Source of the DNA: Ptychomitrium polyphyllum
Taxonomy: Eukaryota
Direction of reading: 5' to 3'
DNA: 64,000 nt
NCBI GenBank assembly: GCA_973851085.1
Contig: OZ316775.1
Location: 4,898,001 to 4,962,000 of the forward strand
The notes under the pieces are model-generated. The model worked only from the letters and a program-made list of their open reading frames with translations. It had not been told where the DNA came from and searched no databases. A program made the translations under genes and the position numbers. Shown here piece after piece: positions 11,925 through 24,416 of the stretch (positions are counted from its first letter, which is position 1; the number at the start of each line of letters is the position of its first letter).

Positions 11925-14900
11925 TATTAGGGACACAAGAAACAAGAAGCAGAAACAAAGTATTTCCCAAGAATTAGCTTCCAAAGAGCTAATGATTAAC
12001 AAGAACTTGATACAAAGACTAGAACAAGGCAGGATTCAAGATGATCCACAATTTGTGTTGGCAAGACTAAAGAATACCTTGTCTTGCCTCCTATTTATAC
12101 TATGACGCTTGTATCTCCTAGGATACTTCTAAAGAAGCTTCCTACAAGGCTTAAGAAGGTTCTGGAAGTCTAGGGAACCTTCCCAAGAAGTTTCTAAGAT
12201 GTTGGAACCTTCCTAAGAAGCTTCTAAGGAGTTGGAACCTTCTTTGGAAGTTTCCTAAGGTAGTGGAACCTTCCTAGGAAGTTTTGTAAGGTGGAGGAAC
12301 TTTCCTAGGAAGCTTCCTAAGAACATGGAAAAGACTATGGAGACATCTAAAAGTATTCTAAGAAGCTATTATAGTATACTAGAAGGTTATAGAATGTTCT
12401 AAGGACTATATTGCATGATCTATGTCCGTGACATCACCTCCCCATTTAGCGACGAGTCCCATGAGGAGCTCTTTTCTTGGCTTGCTTGTCACATTTTTAT
12501 AAATTCCAAAATTTGTCGAAGAAGTGAAGCAACATGTTCTGCTCGTTGTTCTTTGTTCATTGGTTCAACTGGACCTTGCAAGAAGCATCGATGGCCACCA
12601 GCCAAGACTTCTGTTGTTGAAATGTCCCATCCCAAGATCTAATCTTGATTAATTCCTTCAAAACATCCTCCAAACAAGATTTCGGGTCTTTTAAGAGTGA
12701 TTCTTTCAATTTCTAACAAGATGACCAAAGCGCGAGCATCTGAATCAAGACTGGAATGTGAAGGGCGGTTAGTCAATACTTCTGCACGAGGTCGTACTCG
12801 ACATTGGGATGTCCCTCTCATATCTTGACTTAGATCCTCCGTTACTAAGGGCTGAGAAAGTTGAGTTGGCTCAACAAATGCTGTTTGTTGATGAAGGCAT
12901 GGCCGACTGCTCTTCAAGCATATCCATGATAACACAAAGATTTGACATACTGGCTAGGATCTGGAAATGATCTATTTTGGAAATAATGCTACATACAATT
13001 GGAGGTTTGGATATCTCTCCTCCCTTCTTATACTTGTCTATGAAGGAAAAGCTTCTCTGTGAAGCTAACGGCTGCTGATGATACATCATCACTGACCTGG
13101 TTTCTGAGGATTTCTTTGATGAAATTCGCGTACCTTCTTGGATGCATTTGTTACATTTGTTGAAGGTTTCCATGTTCAGTCATTGATGCCATATTCTTGC
13201 CAATGTATAAGATACTCCACACGTCCGTTCTTGATGCGTGAATCTAAGATCTCTTCCACTTCGTATTCAATTTCATTATTGATTTCCAGCAGAGGAGGCG
13301 GAGGGACAATATTTTCTCTGGTATACATGATTTGTTATGGGTTTCCAACAACGATACATGGAACACTGGATGAATTTGCATGCTTGGTAGTAACTTTAGG
13401 CGATAACTAACCGGATTTATTTATTTGCTGATTTCAAAAGGTCCTAGACTTTGATAGTCCTACTTCTTTGATGGTCTTTTTGTCTATATATTTCGTTGTA
13501 GGAGCCATACGCTATCTCCAACCTTGAACTTTGGATGGTCCTTTTGATGGCGATCTACATTAGTTTTGTAACGATCTTGAGCTTGTTGTAACTGGAAGGT
13601 AATTTCTTGATGGATTTTAGCAGGTTGAGTTGCAAAATCCTCTGCTACAAGACTTCCAACATGCTTCACTTGAAGTGGATCTGCTCGAGGATGATGGCCA
13701 TAATTTGCATAGAGTGGACTTTGAGTTGTTGAAGAATGTACCGTATTGTTGTAAGCAAATTCTGCCAAAGGTTAGTGGTCCATCTAGTTGTCTTGCTGGT
13801 AGTTTTTGCTACAACAAAGGTACTACTCCACAATTTGATTTACACGTTCGGTTTGGCCATCAGTTTGTGGATGGTGTGCTAAAGAAAGATTCATCTTTAC
13901 ACGCAACAGTTGGAATAGAGCCCTCCAAAAGTTGGAAATGAATTGCGGCCCTCGAACGGATACAATATCATCTAGTAGTCCATGTATGCGGTAGACGTAA
14001 TTTAGGAACAACTTGGCAGTTTCTTCTCCCGTTACCGTCTTGTTGCATGGAATAAAATGTGCCGTTTTGGTAAATCGATCTACTACTACCAAAATAGAAT
14101 CCTTAGAATCGGAATTTAGAAGGTCCGTGATAAAATCCATTGATAAAGACAACTATGGACCCTTTGGCACTGGAGCAAATGGAGGAGACCATGAGGTTGG
14201 TGCCTTGGTACCTTGGCTCTTGCACAAGTATCGCATGATTGAACAAAGTCCTTCACGTACTTCCACATTTGTGGCCACCAATAGCCTTTAGCAATCAACT
14301 CCATTGTTTTATTAAATCCAAAATGTCCTGCTGCTGGAAAATCATGACGTGCTTGAAGGATCTTCAACTGCAAAAGGCCTGGAGGTAGGTACAAAAGTCC
14401 TTTATAATAAAGTAGGTCCTCTTGGAATTCAAAGTCCTCATTGCTATTTGAAGGATTTCCATTGTCTTTGAGGCGCTTCCTTATATTTGAAACAAAAACG
14501 TCATTCTTTAAAGCCTTCCAAATTTTGTCAAGATGGGATGTTGTCGTAATAATGGCTGCTTTCAACTGAAGATTCTCAGGTTTGAATAAAATAGTCCTTT
14601 GTTGATTCAAAACATCATCTCTAGGTTGAGGAGCTAAATAAGATCTTCGAGATAAGGCATCTGGCTTACCTTGCAAGCTACCAAATGAATAGGTAATGAC
14701 AAAATCAAATCTAGAAAGCGACATACTCCACCTTGCTTGACGGCGATTCAAAACGCGCGCACTTATGAAATACTCCAAGTTCTTGCGGTCTATGTATATC
14801 GTGATGATACGTTGAGCTCTTTCCAATAAGTGTCGCCATTCTTCAAACGCATCCACGATTGCAAGTAGTTCTTTATCATGTATATCATAGTTGATCTCTG

Positions 14901-17029
14901 CTGCTGAAAACTTCCTTGAACGAAAGGCAAGAGGATGAAGTCTCTCGTCTTCATCATGTTGTGAGAATACTGAGCCAAGCGTAAAGTCTGAGGCATCCGC
15001 TTCCAAATAAAAAGACTTTGATGGATTTGGATGAATAAAAATTGGAGATGATGTGAATGATTTCTTAAGACTTTGAAATGTTTTTTCCGCCTTTTCATCC
15101 CAAATGAATTTTTGCTTCCCCGTAAGACATGTTAATGGTGCCGCAATCTTGGAATAATTCTTAATGAATATTCTATAGAAGTTTGCAAATCCCAAGAAGC
15201 ATTGAACATCTCAAATTAATCTTGGCGTATTCCACTCCATGATAGTGCTTATTTTTTCTTATCCATATGGATTCCTCCTTTGAAAATGATGTAGCCTAAA
15301 AATTCAACCGATGATTCATGGAAAAGGCACTTCTCCAATTTGGCATATAATCCTCGCTGGCGTAATTTTTCTAAAACCAGTCGCACATGATATTCGTGGT
15401 CTTGTTCATCCTTTGAATATATCAAAATATCATCTAAGTAGATGACTACAAAATCATCCAGATGTTCATGGAAGTTATCATTCATCATATGTTGAAAGAC
15501 TGTAGGGGCATTAGTAAGGCCAAAAGGCATGACATTATATTCAAAATGACCATACCTAGATCGAAAAGCTGTCTTCCATTTATCTCCTTCTTTGATGCGT
15601 ACAAGATTGTAGGCTCCTCTAAGATCAATTTTGGTGAATATCTTTGCTTGGCCAAGTTGTTGTAAGAGTCCTGAGATTAATGGTAATGGATAGCAATTCT
15701 TTTATGTTACTTTATTGAGGCCTCAATAGTCCACGCACATACGTAATGATCCATCTTTCTTCTTTACAAATGAAATGGGTGCTCTAGCAGGTGATTTAGA
15801 GTATTGAATGAAGCCCTTTTCAAGGTTTTCATCAATATATTCTCTCAAGGCAGCCAACTCAGTTTGTGATAAGTTATAAATAGGTCCAAAAGGTGGTTGG
15901 GCTCCTTCTTGCAACTCAATGGTACAATCGTAAGAAGTGCTTTGATAACATGTCCGCGTTCTTCTTTTCAGAAACGTCTTTATAATCTTGATATTAACAA
16001 GGTATGTTTTGATTAGTCTCTATTGTAGAGTTAAACATTGACGTGGCATAAATGGCATAGATTGGTTCATCCTTTGCCGCTCTTATAAATGCCTTAGCTC
16101 CAATAAATGATGGTCCAAGATTTCTCGTATCTTGACGTCTTGTCCTCAAGACTACACTCCATGAGCACCAATCAATATCCGGATTATGTAATTCAAACCA
16201 TGGAAGGCCAAAGCAATAGGATTTGTTCGGCTTTAAATGATGTTGAAGACAATCTTAGATGCCTGGTCTCCTAAAACAACCTCAAATGGTTGAGTTTCTT
16301 CAATAACGTTGCTAGACGTAAGAGATCGTTCATCATTAACTTCAACAAGTGCATTATAATTTTTCTTCAGAAGCACCATGTGATGTTTGGTAGCAAAATC
16401 CTTATCCATAAAACATGCCGTTGCACCAGTGTTTAAGAGAGCCTCCCTAATTATTTCATCATCTAATAATTTAATTTTGATAGGAAATGTAAACCAAGAG
16501 GTAGGGTTTGAAGGTAGTAAGAGACCTTGATTTGATGGACGTTTCGTTGTGGTGTCCTGTCGCATGGTCCCTATTGTGACTGGACAGCCTCGTTTTCCAA
16601 TTCCACCATTGTGCTTTGAGCCTTAAAGGCAGATCCTTTGATTTGGCAATCGCACACTTTATATCCAGACTTGCCACAATACAAACATAGGTTTTCTCTA
16701 CGACGCATTTTTTTTATTCTAAAGTCAAACATCTGAACTAGGCAGCATCAATTTGCATAGGTTGTGAACCTTGTGGTCGATTTTCCACTGTTCTTGAAGA
16801 AGTGGTAGCCATGCTTTGATGTATTGGTCGCCATCCCAAGCGTTGTTCTTGGCGCCTCTCAATTAGTCTATTGTCACATGCTATTAGATGACTGATGAAT
16901 TCGTCCAATGTTTCAACTCTTGGCATTGTGAGTAGCAAGTCCTTGACATTCTCTCTTAAGCCAATTGGAATCATGTGATCAAGGCTTTATCATTCCAATC
17001 AAAGTCGCAAGTTAATTGTTGAAATTGTG
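11925..17029 (-). mobile_element. Nested family-2 chromovirus copy (3' LTR 11925-12433, PPT, chromodomain-integrase, RNase H, RT, PR, partial gag), 5'-truncated
   Basis: ORF fragments 13484-14152 (IN), 14116-15195 (RNase H, IN zinc finger), 15249-15914 ([11 protein letters not shown]), 16233-16565 (PR), 16738-16974 (gag). Purine tract next to the LTR start at 12433. Confidence 0.9.
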
Positions 17030-17038
17030 ACTGCGTGA

Positions 17039-20000
17039 GATGGGACATTTCAACAACAGAAGTCTTGGCTGGTGGCCATCGATGCTTCTTGCAAGGTCCA
17101 GTTGAACCAAGGAACAAAGAACAACGAGCAGAACATGTTGCTTCACTTCTTCGACAAATTTTGGAATTTATAAAAATGTGACAAGCAAGCCAAGAAAAGA
17201 GCTCCTCATGGGACTCGTCGCTAAATGGGGAGGTGATGTCACGGACATAGATCATGCAATATAGTCCTTAGAACATTCTATAACCTTCTAGTATACTATA
17301 ATAGCTTCTTAGAATACTTTTAGATGTCTCCATAGTCTTTTCCATGTTCTTAGGAAGCTTCCTAGGAAAGTTCCTCCACCTTACAAAACTTCCTAGGAAG
17401 GTTCCACTACCTTAGGAAACTTCCAAAGAAGGTTCCAACTCCTTAGAAGCTTCTTAGGAAGGTTCCAACATCTTAGAAACTTCTTGGGAAGGTTCCCTAG
17501 ACTTCCAGAACCTTCTTAAGCCTTGTAGGAAGCTTCTTTAGAAGTATCCTAGGAGATACAAGCGTCATAGTATAAATAGGAGGCAAGACAAGGTATTCTT
17601 TAGTCTTGCCAACACAAATTGTGGATCATCTTGAATCCTGCCTTGTTCTAGTCTTTGTATCAAGTTCTTGTTAATCATTAGCTCTTTGGAAGCTAATTCT
17701 TGGGAAATACTTTGTTTCTGCTTCTTGTTTTTTGTGTCCCTAATAATGTTTGGTTGCAAAATCCTTGTCCATAAAACATGCCGTTGCACCAGTGTCTAAG
17801 AGAGCCTCCCTAATTATTTCATCATCTAACAATTTAATTTTGATAGAAAATGTAAAACAAGAGGTAGGATTTGAAGGTAGTAAGAGACCTTGATTTGATG
17901 GTCGTTTCCTTGTGGTGTCCAGTCGCATGGTCCCTACTGTGACTGAACAACCTCGTTTTCTCACTCCTCCATTGTGCTTTGAGCCTTAAAGGCAGATCCT
18001 TTGATTTGGCAATTGCGCACTTTATGTCCAGACTTGCCACAATACAAACATAGGTTTTCTCTTCGACGCATTTTTTTTTATTCTAGAGTCAAACATCTGA
18101 GCTGGGCAGCATCAATTTGCATAGGTTCTAGTTCTTATGGTCGATTTTCCACTGTTCTTGAAGAAGTGGTAGCCATGCTTTGATGTACTGGTCGCCATCC
18201 CAAGCGTTGTTCTTGGCGCCTCTCAAATAGTCTATTGTCACATGCTATTAGTTGACTGATGAATTCGTCCAATGTTTCAATTCTTGGCATTGTGAGTAGC
18301 AAGTCCTTGACATTCTCTCTTAAGCCTATTGGAATCATGTGATCATTCCAATCAAGGTCGCAAGCTAATTGTTGAAACTGTGCAGCATATGTAGCAGTTG
18401 AGCATTGTCCTTGTTGGAGACTCTGGATCCTTGTCTCAGCCACTCTTTCTCGGTCGGTGTCTCCAAAAGTAGATGTCAATGCTTCTATAAAAGTGTCTAA
18501 GTTGTTCAATAATGGTGACTGTTTGACCATTATGGGTGCAAACCACGATAGTGCATTGTTTGATAAAAGCGTGGCCACAAATCCCACTTGAGTTGTGCCA
18601 TCAGGATAGCGAGATTGATGCAAACTAAGGAAGAGTCTTACTTGTTGAACAAAGCCTCTCAATTTTGATTTTGATCCATCGAACTTGTCTGGCATGCTAA
18701 TCTTTGGCTTTGCATGGGTTCGACGAAAACCTTCTCTTCCAATATTGGCCTCTCGCAATTGAACAACCTCTTGATATAGGCTTTGAATATCACCATTGGA
18801 TTCTCTGATTTGTCGAGTATGTTGCTCCAAATTGTTGGTGATATTAAAACGGGCGAGTTCCGTTGGAATTGTGTTTAATAATTTTTGAAGGTCTGCAATA
18901 GTTGCAAACCTATTCTATGATGTTCCAAGCACGTTATCCATTTCTTAAGACTCTCAAAGATAGAAAGACTATGAGTACCTTCAAAAGAGGAAAATCCACG
19001 TCCTTTGAAAGAAGTAATACTTAGTTCTAGAAGGAGAAACCAACTCTATGGTGCCAGCTTAGAGGAGGGTAATCCGCAACCTCTAAGACGCTATGGAATC
19101 CTAAAGAAGATGGGTAATCCACAATCCTCTTCAAAGAACCTTAGCTCTGACAGAGATGGAAAGTAGTCTTGCCAAACTGTTAGGAACATAAGAAACAAGA
19201 AGCAGAAACAAAGTGTTTCCCAAGAATTAGCTTCCAAAGAGCTAATGATTAACAAGAACTTGATACAAAGGCTAGAACAAGGCAGGATTCAAGATGATCC
19301 GCAACTTGTGTTGGCAAGACCAAGGAATACCTTGTCTTGCCTCCTATTTATACTATGACATTTGTATCTCCTAAAATACTTCTAAAGAAGCTTTCTACAA
19401 GGCTTAAGAATATTTTGGAAGTCTAGGGAACCTTTCCAAGAATTTTCTAAGATGTTGGAACCTTCCTAAGAGTCTTCCTAGGAGTTGGAACCTTCCTTGG
19501 AAGTTTCCTAAGATAATGGAACCTTCATAAGAAGTTTCCTAGGAAGTTTCTTAAGATGATAGAATCTTCTTAAGAATTTTCTTAAGGTGGAGGAACTTTC
19601 CTAGGAAACTTCCTAAGAACATGGAAAGATTATGGAGACATTCAAAAGTATTCTAAAAAACTTTTATAGTATACTAGAAGGTTCTAGAATGTTCTAAGGA
19701 TTATGTTGCATGATCTATGTCCGTGACAACATGCTCTTTAAAGACCTTGAAGCTGGAAGAAAAGATAATGCCATTATATATATAGTAAAAGATTTTAGAA
19801 AGGTTCTTAGAAGATTTAAGGAGGCCAAAAAAGCCTCTAAAGAAGTTATTTTGGCTAAAGAAGTTTCCACTGAAGCAAACTGAGGTTGTTTCAATATAAA
19901 ATATTATATTGGAAGCTTCTTCAAAAGCTTGCAAGGCTTATAGTCTTGGTATATATATATGAATTGAGGCTAAAGAAATATTTAAACTTGACAACAAATC

Positions 20001-21905
20001 TCTTGTGATCTAATGCAAACCTTCTAATCATGTATCTGTATCTTTTTATAGCTCTTTGCTTCTAATATACTTTAAAATACACTATTTAATATTCTAAAGT
20101 CTTAAAGCCTTGTCTTCTTGTTACTTTGTTCATAATAGAGTTTGATTTCAAGAGGAAGCGCAATTTCTCTATTTTATCTTTAAAAGCAAGTTTTAATGAG
20201 ATAGGATTCTTTTGTTTTAAAAGAATTAACAGAGTTTTATATCTCATTAATACCACATTATGCTAAAGAAACTTGTCTATAACAAGATAAATTGTTAAAG
20301 GAATAAGAATAGTTATACATTTTTAAGAAGTCACTCCCATTGGTGAAGTTGCATTCAATATTGCAAATTAAACTTCAAATGAAATATTTCTTTTTTTGCT
20401 TGAAATCTAAAATTCTAATCACATTATAGTACAACAAAAAACAAAATCAATTTCAATAGTTTTCTAAAAAAAGGATGTGCCTCAATTTATCATTTGATTG
20501 TAAAATGTTTTGCTAGGTTTTCAATGAATTCTTTTTTGTAATCTTCTGCTAATCAATTACTTGGCATCAAGGCTATGTATTTGGGTTGGTTTCCAAAATG
20601 CAATTTTCTTTATTAGCAAGCACCTCTACAAAACTTAAAGTTTTAAAATCAAAATGCTTAATAATGTTTAGAATTAAGTTTTCTTGGGATTCCTGAAATT
20701 TTAATTTCTTGAAACCAAGGAACAATTTCAGTAAAAACTTCCACTTACAAAACTCTAATGAAAAAGCTACTTTCCATGACTTTTGAAGTTTGCATGGAAA
20801 AATTAAAATATCATAATTCTTAATCCTATTAAGTTTGTAGCAGCTTTAATACCTTAGCACTAAAAATTTGAAATCTATCAAAATCTTGAAACAGAAAGCG
20901 TTTGCAATACACTATTCCAGCAAGCTGCCAAAATGGTAAGTGCATGAAAAACAATCTTTTAGTGTCAGGACTTCGCTTTACAAACCTAATTAACATTCTT
21001 AAATTTTAAACGACACACAAAGTATTCACCAATTCTAAGAGTAGATTATTTCACTAAATTTAAAATTGCGTCAATCGCGAGGAGCAGGGAAGTCAACGTA
21101 CCAATTAGGACCAACGCAAAACTCGGAACGCTTGAAAACGGCTGGAACGACAGTTCCAGTTCCACCAAGGCCAGCTCTAGGACCCGGACACGACGGACTC
21201 GAGAGCGGGCGCGGGAGGGACCGTTCGGCCTCCAACAAGCCTAACCGCGAGCCTCGTGAACAGAGCTCCTTGCCTGAGCAGGACGCTGAATGAGCGCTCC
21301 AGTACCCACTCTCACGCGTTATCATGTACACGATAACCTGATTCGGAATGGTAAACCTATCACACATGCAATCATTACGAATGATGGAAAATTACAGAAA
21401 TATTGTAGAGATACTTTCTCCACATCTAATGATGTCCTTGCAAGTCCCCCGGCAAAACCAGGAGCGCTTGAAAACGCATTTCCAAGCACCAAGGGTTGGA
21501 TACTCAAGCGCTTTTGAAGTCACAATTGCATTACACTTTCTCGACACCAAGGAAAAGCTCTACAAAATCGGAGCTGAAAATGCTTCGAAGTCATTCCCTC
21601 GGCACCAATGATTGAAATTCCACCATTGTTCAATATACAAGTGGTCCAGATCCAGGAGGGCGTCCCACGTTCACTCGAAGACTTTCTCAGAAGATGTCCC
21701 AAATACAAACTCAGCCAGCAATCTAGACATCTAAATAAGATCGTTCTAGAACCGATGGTTGAAATGAAGCAAACTGTACACAACCTCGTAATACGATACT
21801 CTTACACTACGCAAGGTGAGGGACAATGCCACTATTGACAACAACGACCAACTAAACAAACAGAGAGTACGAATAAATCCAGGCTGGCACTGCGCAGCTG
21901 GAGGT
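17039..21905 (-). repeat. Right arm of 4.87-kb inverted duplication
   Basis: Reverse complement of 7765-12631. Contains LTR 17237-17745 (+), gag/PR 17746-18941 (-), LTR 19178-19728 (-) and the BiP upstream flank. Confidence 0.95.
17746..19728 (-). mobile_element. Family-2 5' LTR, PBS and gag/PR (mirror of 9942-11924)
   Basis: ORF 18135-18830 is identical in translation to 10840-11535. LTR at 19178-19728. Confidence 0.9.
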
Positions 21906-22120
21906 GCCGCCACGGTGTCCAGCGCCGCGTGGGTTGTTGACGAGTGCCCGCCAATGGGGTCGCTCGGGGAGGTGGTGACGCGATCGGGGTCCCCGTCGGC
22001 CAATGGGCGCGCCCCATAACGGGGTGTGGGGCAGCGGGGGCCAACCAGAGCACAGGGGTGCGCGCGTGGTTTCACACCGACAGGGCCGGGGCAACCAACT
22101 TCCAGTCAGTGGCGTCGAAG

Positions 22121-22164
22121 CGAAAATTCCAGAACGAACGAGAGGCGGGTGAGCCCTACTATAT
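22121..22164 (+). promoter_or_regulatory. BiP promoter: perfect 3-unit HSE plus TATA-like box (mirror 35760-35803)
   Basis: cGAAa-aTTCc-aGAAc at 22121-22135 and TATAT at 22160. CCAAT boxes at 21951 and 22000. Confidence 0.65.
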
Positions 22165-22418
22165 GGCCACTCGCGGTCAGCCGCTCGTCGTGTTTGTGGC
22201 CGGAGCATTCGTTGTGATTGCGCTGCCGCATTGTTGCGGGGAGGAGTCGTCTAGAGGGAGGGGAACCCTGGTAGAATCCCTGTAGAGCCGCTGTTGTCAT
22301 TTCCAAGTTGTCCGCTTCGGAGGAGTTGCTGCTGCCGGTGGTCGCTGGAGTTAGGTTTTGGGGGAGGATTGGCGCAGGGGATTGATTGAGTACTTGCTTG
22401 CGGCGTCGTTGGGGCACC

Positions 22419-24416
22419 ATGGGGATGGGGCGCCGGGCGCTGTTGGCGCTGGCTCTGGTGTTGGCGTGCGGCGTGGTGGCGAGCCATGGCGCCTCGGCGG
22501 AGGAGGCGGCGAAGCTGGGCACCGTGATCGGAATTGACCTGGGCACGACGTACTCGTGCGTGGGCGTGTACAAGAACGGGCATGTGGAGATCATCGCCAA
22601 CGACCAGGGCAACCGTATCACGCCGTCGTGGGTGGCGTTCACGGACAACGAGCGGCTGATCGGCGAGGCCGCGAAGAACCAGGCCGCCGCGAACCCTGAG
22701 CGGACGGTGTTCGACGTGAAGCGGCTGATCGGGCGCAAGTACGAGGACAAGGAGGTGCAGAAGGACATCAAGCTGTTCCCGTACAAGATCATCAACAGGG
22801 AGGGGAAGCCGCACATCCAGGTGAAGGTGAAGGATGGCGAGGTGAAGGTTTTCACGCCGGAGGAGATCAGCGCCATGGTGTTGATCAAGATGAAGGAGAC
22901 GGCGGAGGCGTACCTGGGGAAGAAGATCAAGGACGCCGTGGTGACGGTGCCGGCGTACTTCAACGACGCCCAGCGGCAGGCCACGAAGGACGCGGGGGTG
23001 ATCGCGGGGCTGAATGTGGCTCGCATCATCAACGAGCCGACCGCGGCCGCGATCGCGTACGGGCTGGACAAGAAGGGCGGGGAGAAGAACATCCTGGTGT
23101 TCGATTTGGGCGGCGGCACGTTCGACGTGAGCGTCCTGACGATCGACAACGGCGTGTTCGAGGTGCTGTCGACGAACGGCGACACTCACTTGGGAGGCGA
23201 GGACTTCGACCAGCGCATCATGGAGTACTTCATTAAGCTGATCAAGAAGAAGTACAACGTGGACATCGGCAAGGACAAGAAGGCGATCGGGAAGCTGCGG
23301 AGGGAGGCCGAGAGGGCGAAGAGGGCCCTGAGCAACCAGCACCAGATCCGCGTGGAGATCGAATCCCTGTTCGACGGCGTGGACTTTTCGGAGCCCCTGA
23401 CGCGCGCTAGGTTTGAGGAGCTGAACAACGATCTGTTCCGGAAGACGATGGGCCCGGTGAAGAAGGCAATGGACGACGCCGGTCTTCAGAAGACGGACAT
23501 CCAGGAGATCGTGCTGGTGGGAGGCAGCACGCGCATTCCGAAGGTGCAGCAGCTGTTGAGGGATTACTTCGACGGCAAGGAGCCGAACAAGGGCGTGAAC
23601 CCGGACGAGGCGGTGGCGTACGGGGCGGCGGTGCAGGGCGGGATTTTGAGCGGAGAGGGAGGCGAGGAGACGAAGGACATTCTGTTGTTGGATGTGGCGC
23701 CCCTGACGCTGGGTATCGAGACGGTCGGGGGAGTGATGACGAAGTTGATCCCGAGGAACACCGTGATTCCCACGAAGAAGTCGCAGGTGTTCACGACGTA
23801 TCAGGACCAGCAGACGACGGTGTCGATCCAGGTGTTCGAGGGCGAGCGCAGTCTGACGAAGGACTGCCACGAGCTGGGGAAATTCGACCTGACGGGCATT
23901 CCCGCAGCTCCTCGGGGGGTTCCCCAGATCGAGGTGACGTTCGAGATCGACGCGAACGGCATTTTGAACGTGAAGGCGGAGGACAAGGGCACGGGCAAGT
24001 CGGAGAAGATCGTGATTACGAACGACAAGGGTCGTCTGAGCCAGGAGGACATCGACAGGATGGTGCAGGAGGCGGAGGAGTTCGCGGAGGAGGACAAGAA
24101 GGTGAAGGAGAGGATCGACGCGCGGAACAGCCTGGAGACGTACGTGTACAACATGAAGAACCAGCTGGCGGACAAGCTGGGTGAGAAGATCGAGGCCGAG
24201 GATAAGGAGACGATCGAGACGGCGATGAAGGAGGCTCTGGAGTGGTTGGACGACAACCAGAGCGCGGAGAAGGAAGACTTCCAGGAGAAGCTGAAGGAGG
24301 TGGAGGGCATCTGTAACCCGATCGTGACGAAGCTGTACCAGGCCGCCGGTGGGGCTGGCGGGGCCGGCGCACCGGAGGACGGGGACAGCGAGGAGGATAG
24401 CCACGAGGAGCTGTAG
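22419..24416 (+). CDS. BiP: ER luminal Hsp70 (BiP), intronless, 665 aa, copy 1
   Basis: Signal peptide ([27 protein letters not shown]), [13 protein letters not shown], Hsp70 NBD and SBD, C-terminal HEEL ER-retention signal. ATG in CACCATGG context. Confidence 0.97.
   Translation: MGMGRRALLALALVLACGVVASHGASAEEAAKLGTVIGIDLGTTYSCVGVYKNGHVEIIANDQGNRITPSWVAFTDNERLIGEAAKNQAAANPERTVFDVKRLIGRKYEDKEVQKDIKLFPYKIINREGKPHIQVKVKDGEVKVFTPEEISAMVLIKMKETAEAYLGKKIKDAVVTVPAYFNDAQRQATKDAGVIAGLNVARIINEPTAAAIAYGLDKKGGEKNILVFDLGGGTFDVSVLTIDNGVFEVLSTNGDTHLGGEDFDQRIMEYFIKLIKKKYNVDIGKDKKAIGKLRREAERAKRALSNQHQIRVEIESLFDGVDFSEPLTRARFEELNNDLFRKTMGPVKKAMDDAGLQKTDIQEIVLVGGSTRIPKVQQLLRDYFDGKEPNKGVNPDEAVAYGAAVQGGILSGEGGEETKDILLLDVAPLTLGIETVGGVMTKLIPRNTVIPTKKSQVFTTYQDQQTTVSIQVFEGERSLTKDCHELGKFDLTGIPAAPRGVPQIEVTFEIDANGILNVKAEDKGTGKSEKIVITNDKGRLSQEDIDRMVQEAEEFAEEDKKVKERIDARNSLETYVYNMKNQLADKLGEKIEAEDKETIETAMKEALEWLDDNQSAEKEDFQEKLKEVEGICNPIVTKLYQAAGGAGGAGAPEDGDSEEDSHEEL

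Larger units (their letters stand above)
7765..12631 (+). repeat. Left arm of 4.87-kb near-perfect inverted duplication
   Basis: Reverse complement of 17039-21905; paired ORF coordinates all sum to 29670. About 2 substitutions are visible from the translations. Confidence 0.95.

Noticed and set aside
21290..21838. Same-frame ORFs 21290-21517 and 21608-21838 (mirror 7832-8380) as a pseudogene
   Set aside because: Two internal stops and no recognisable motif. The second copy exists only because of the inverted duplication.
22386..22418. ORF-track BiP start at TTG
   Set aside because: Non-ATG start. The ATG at 22419 has good context and begins the signal peptide.
22251..24404. 717-aa antisense ORF over BiP (and the 814-aa ORF at 33229-35673)
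   Set aside because: Long antisense frames are a known by-product of Hsp70 genes with high GC3. The ORF lies in codon register with BiP and has no independent domain.
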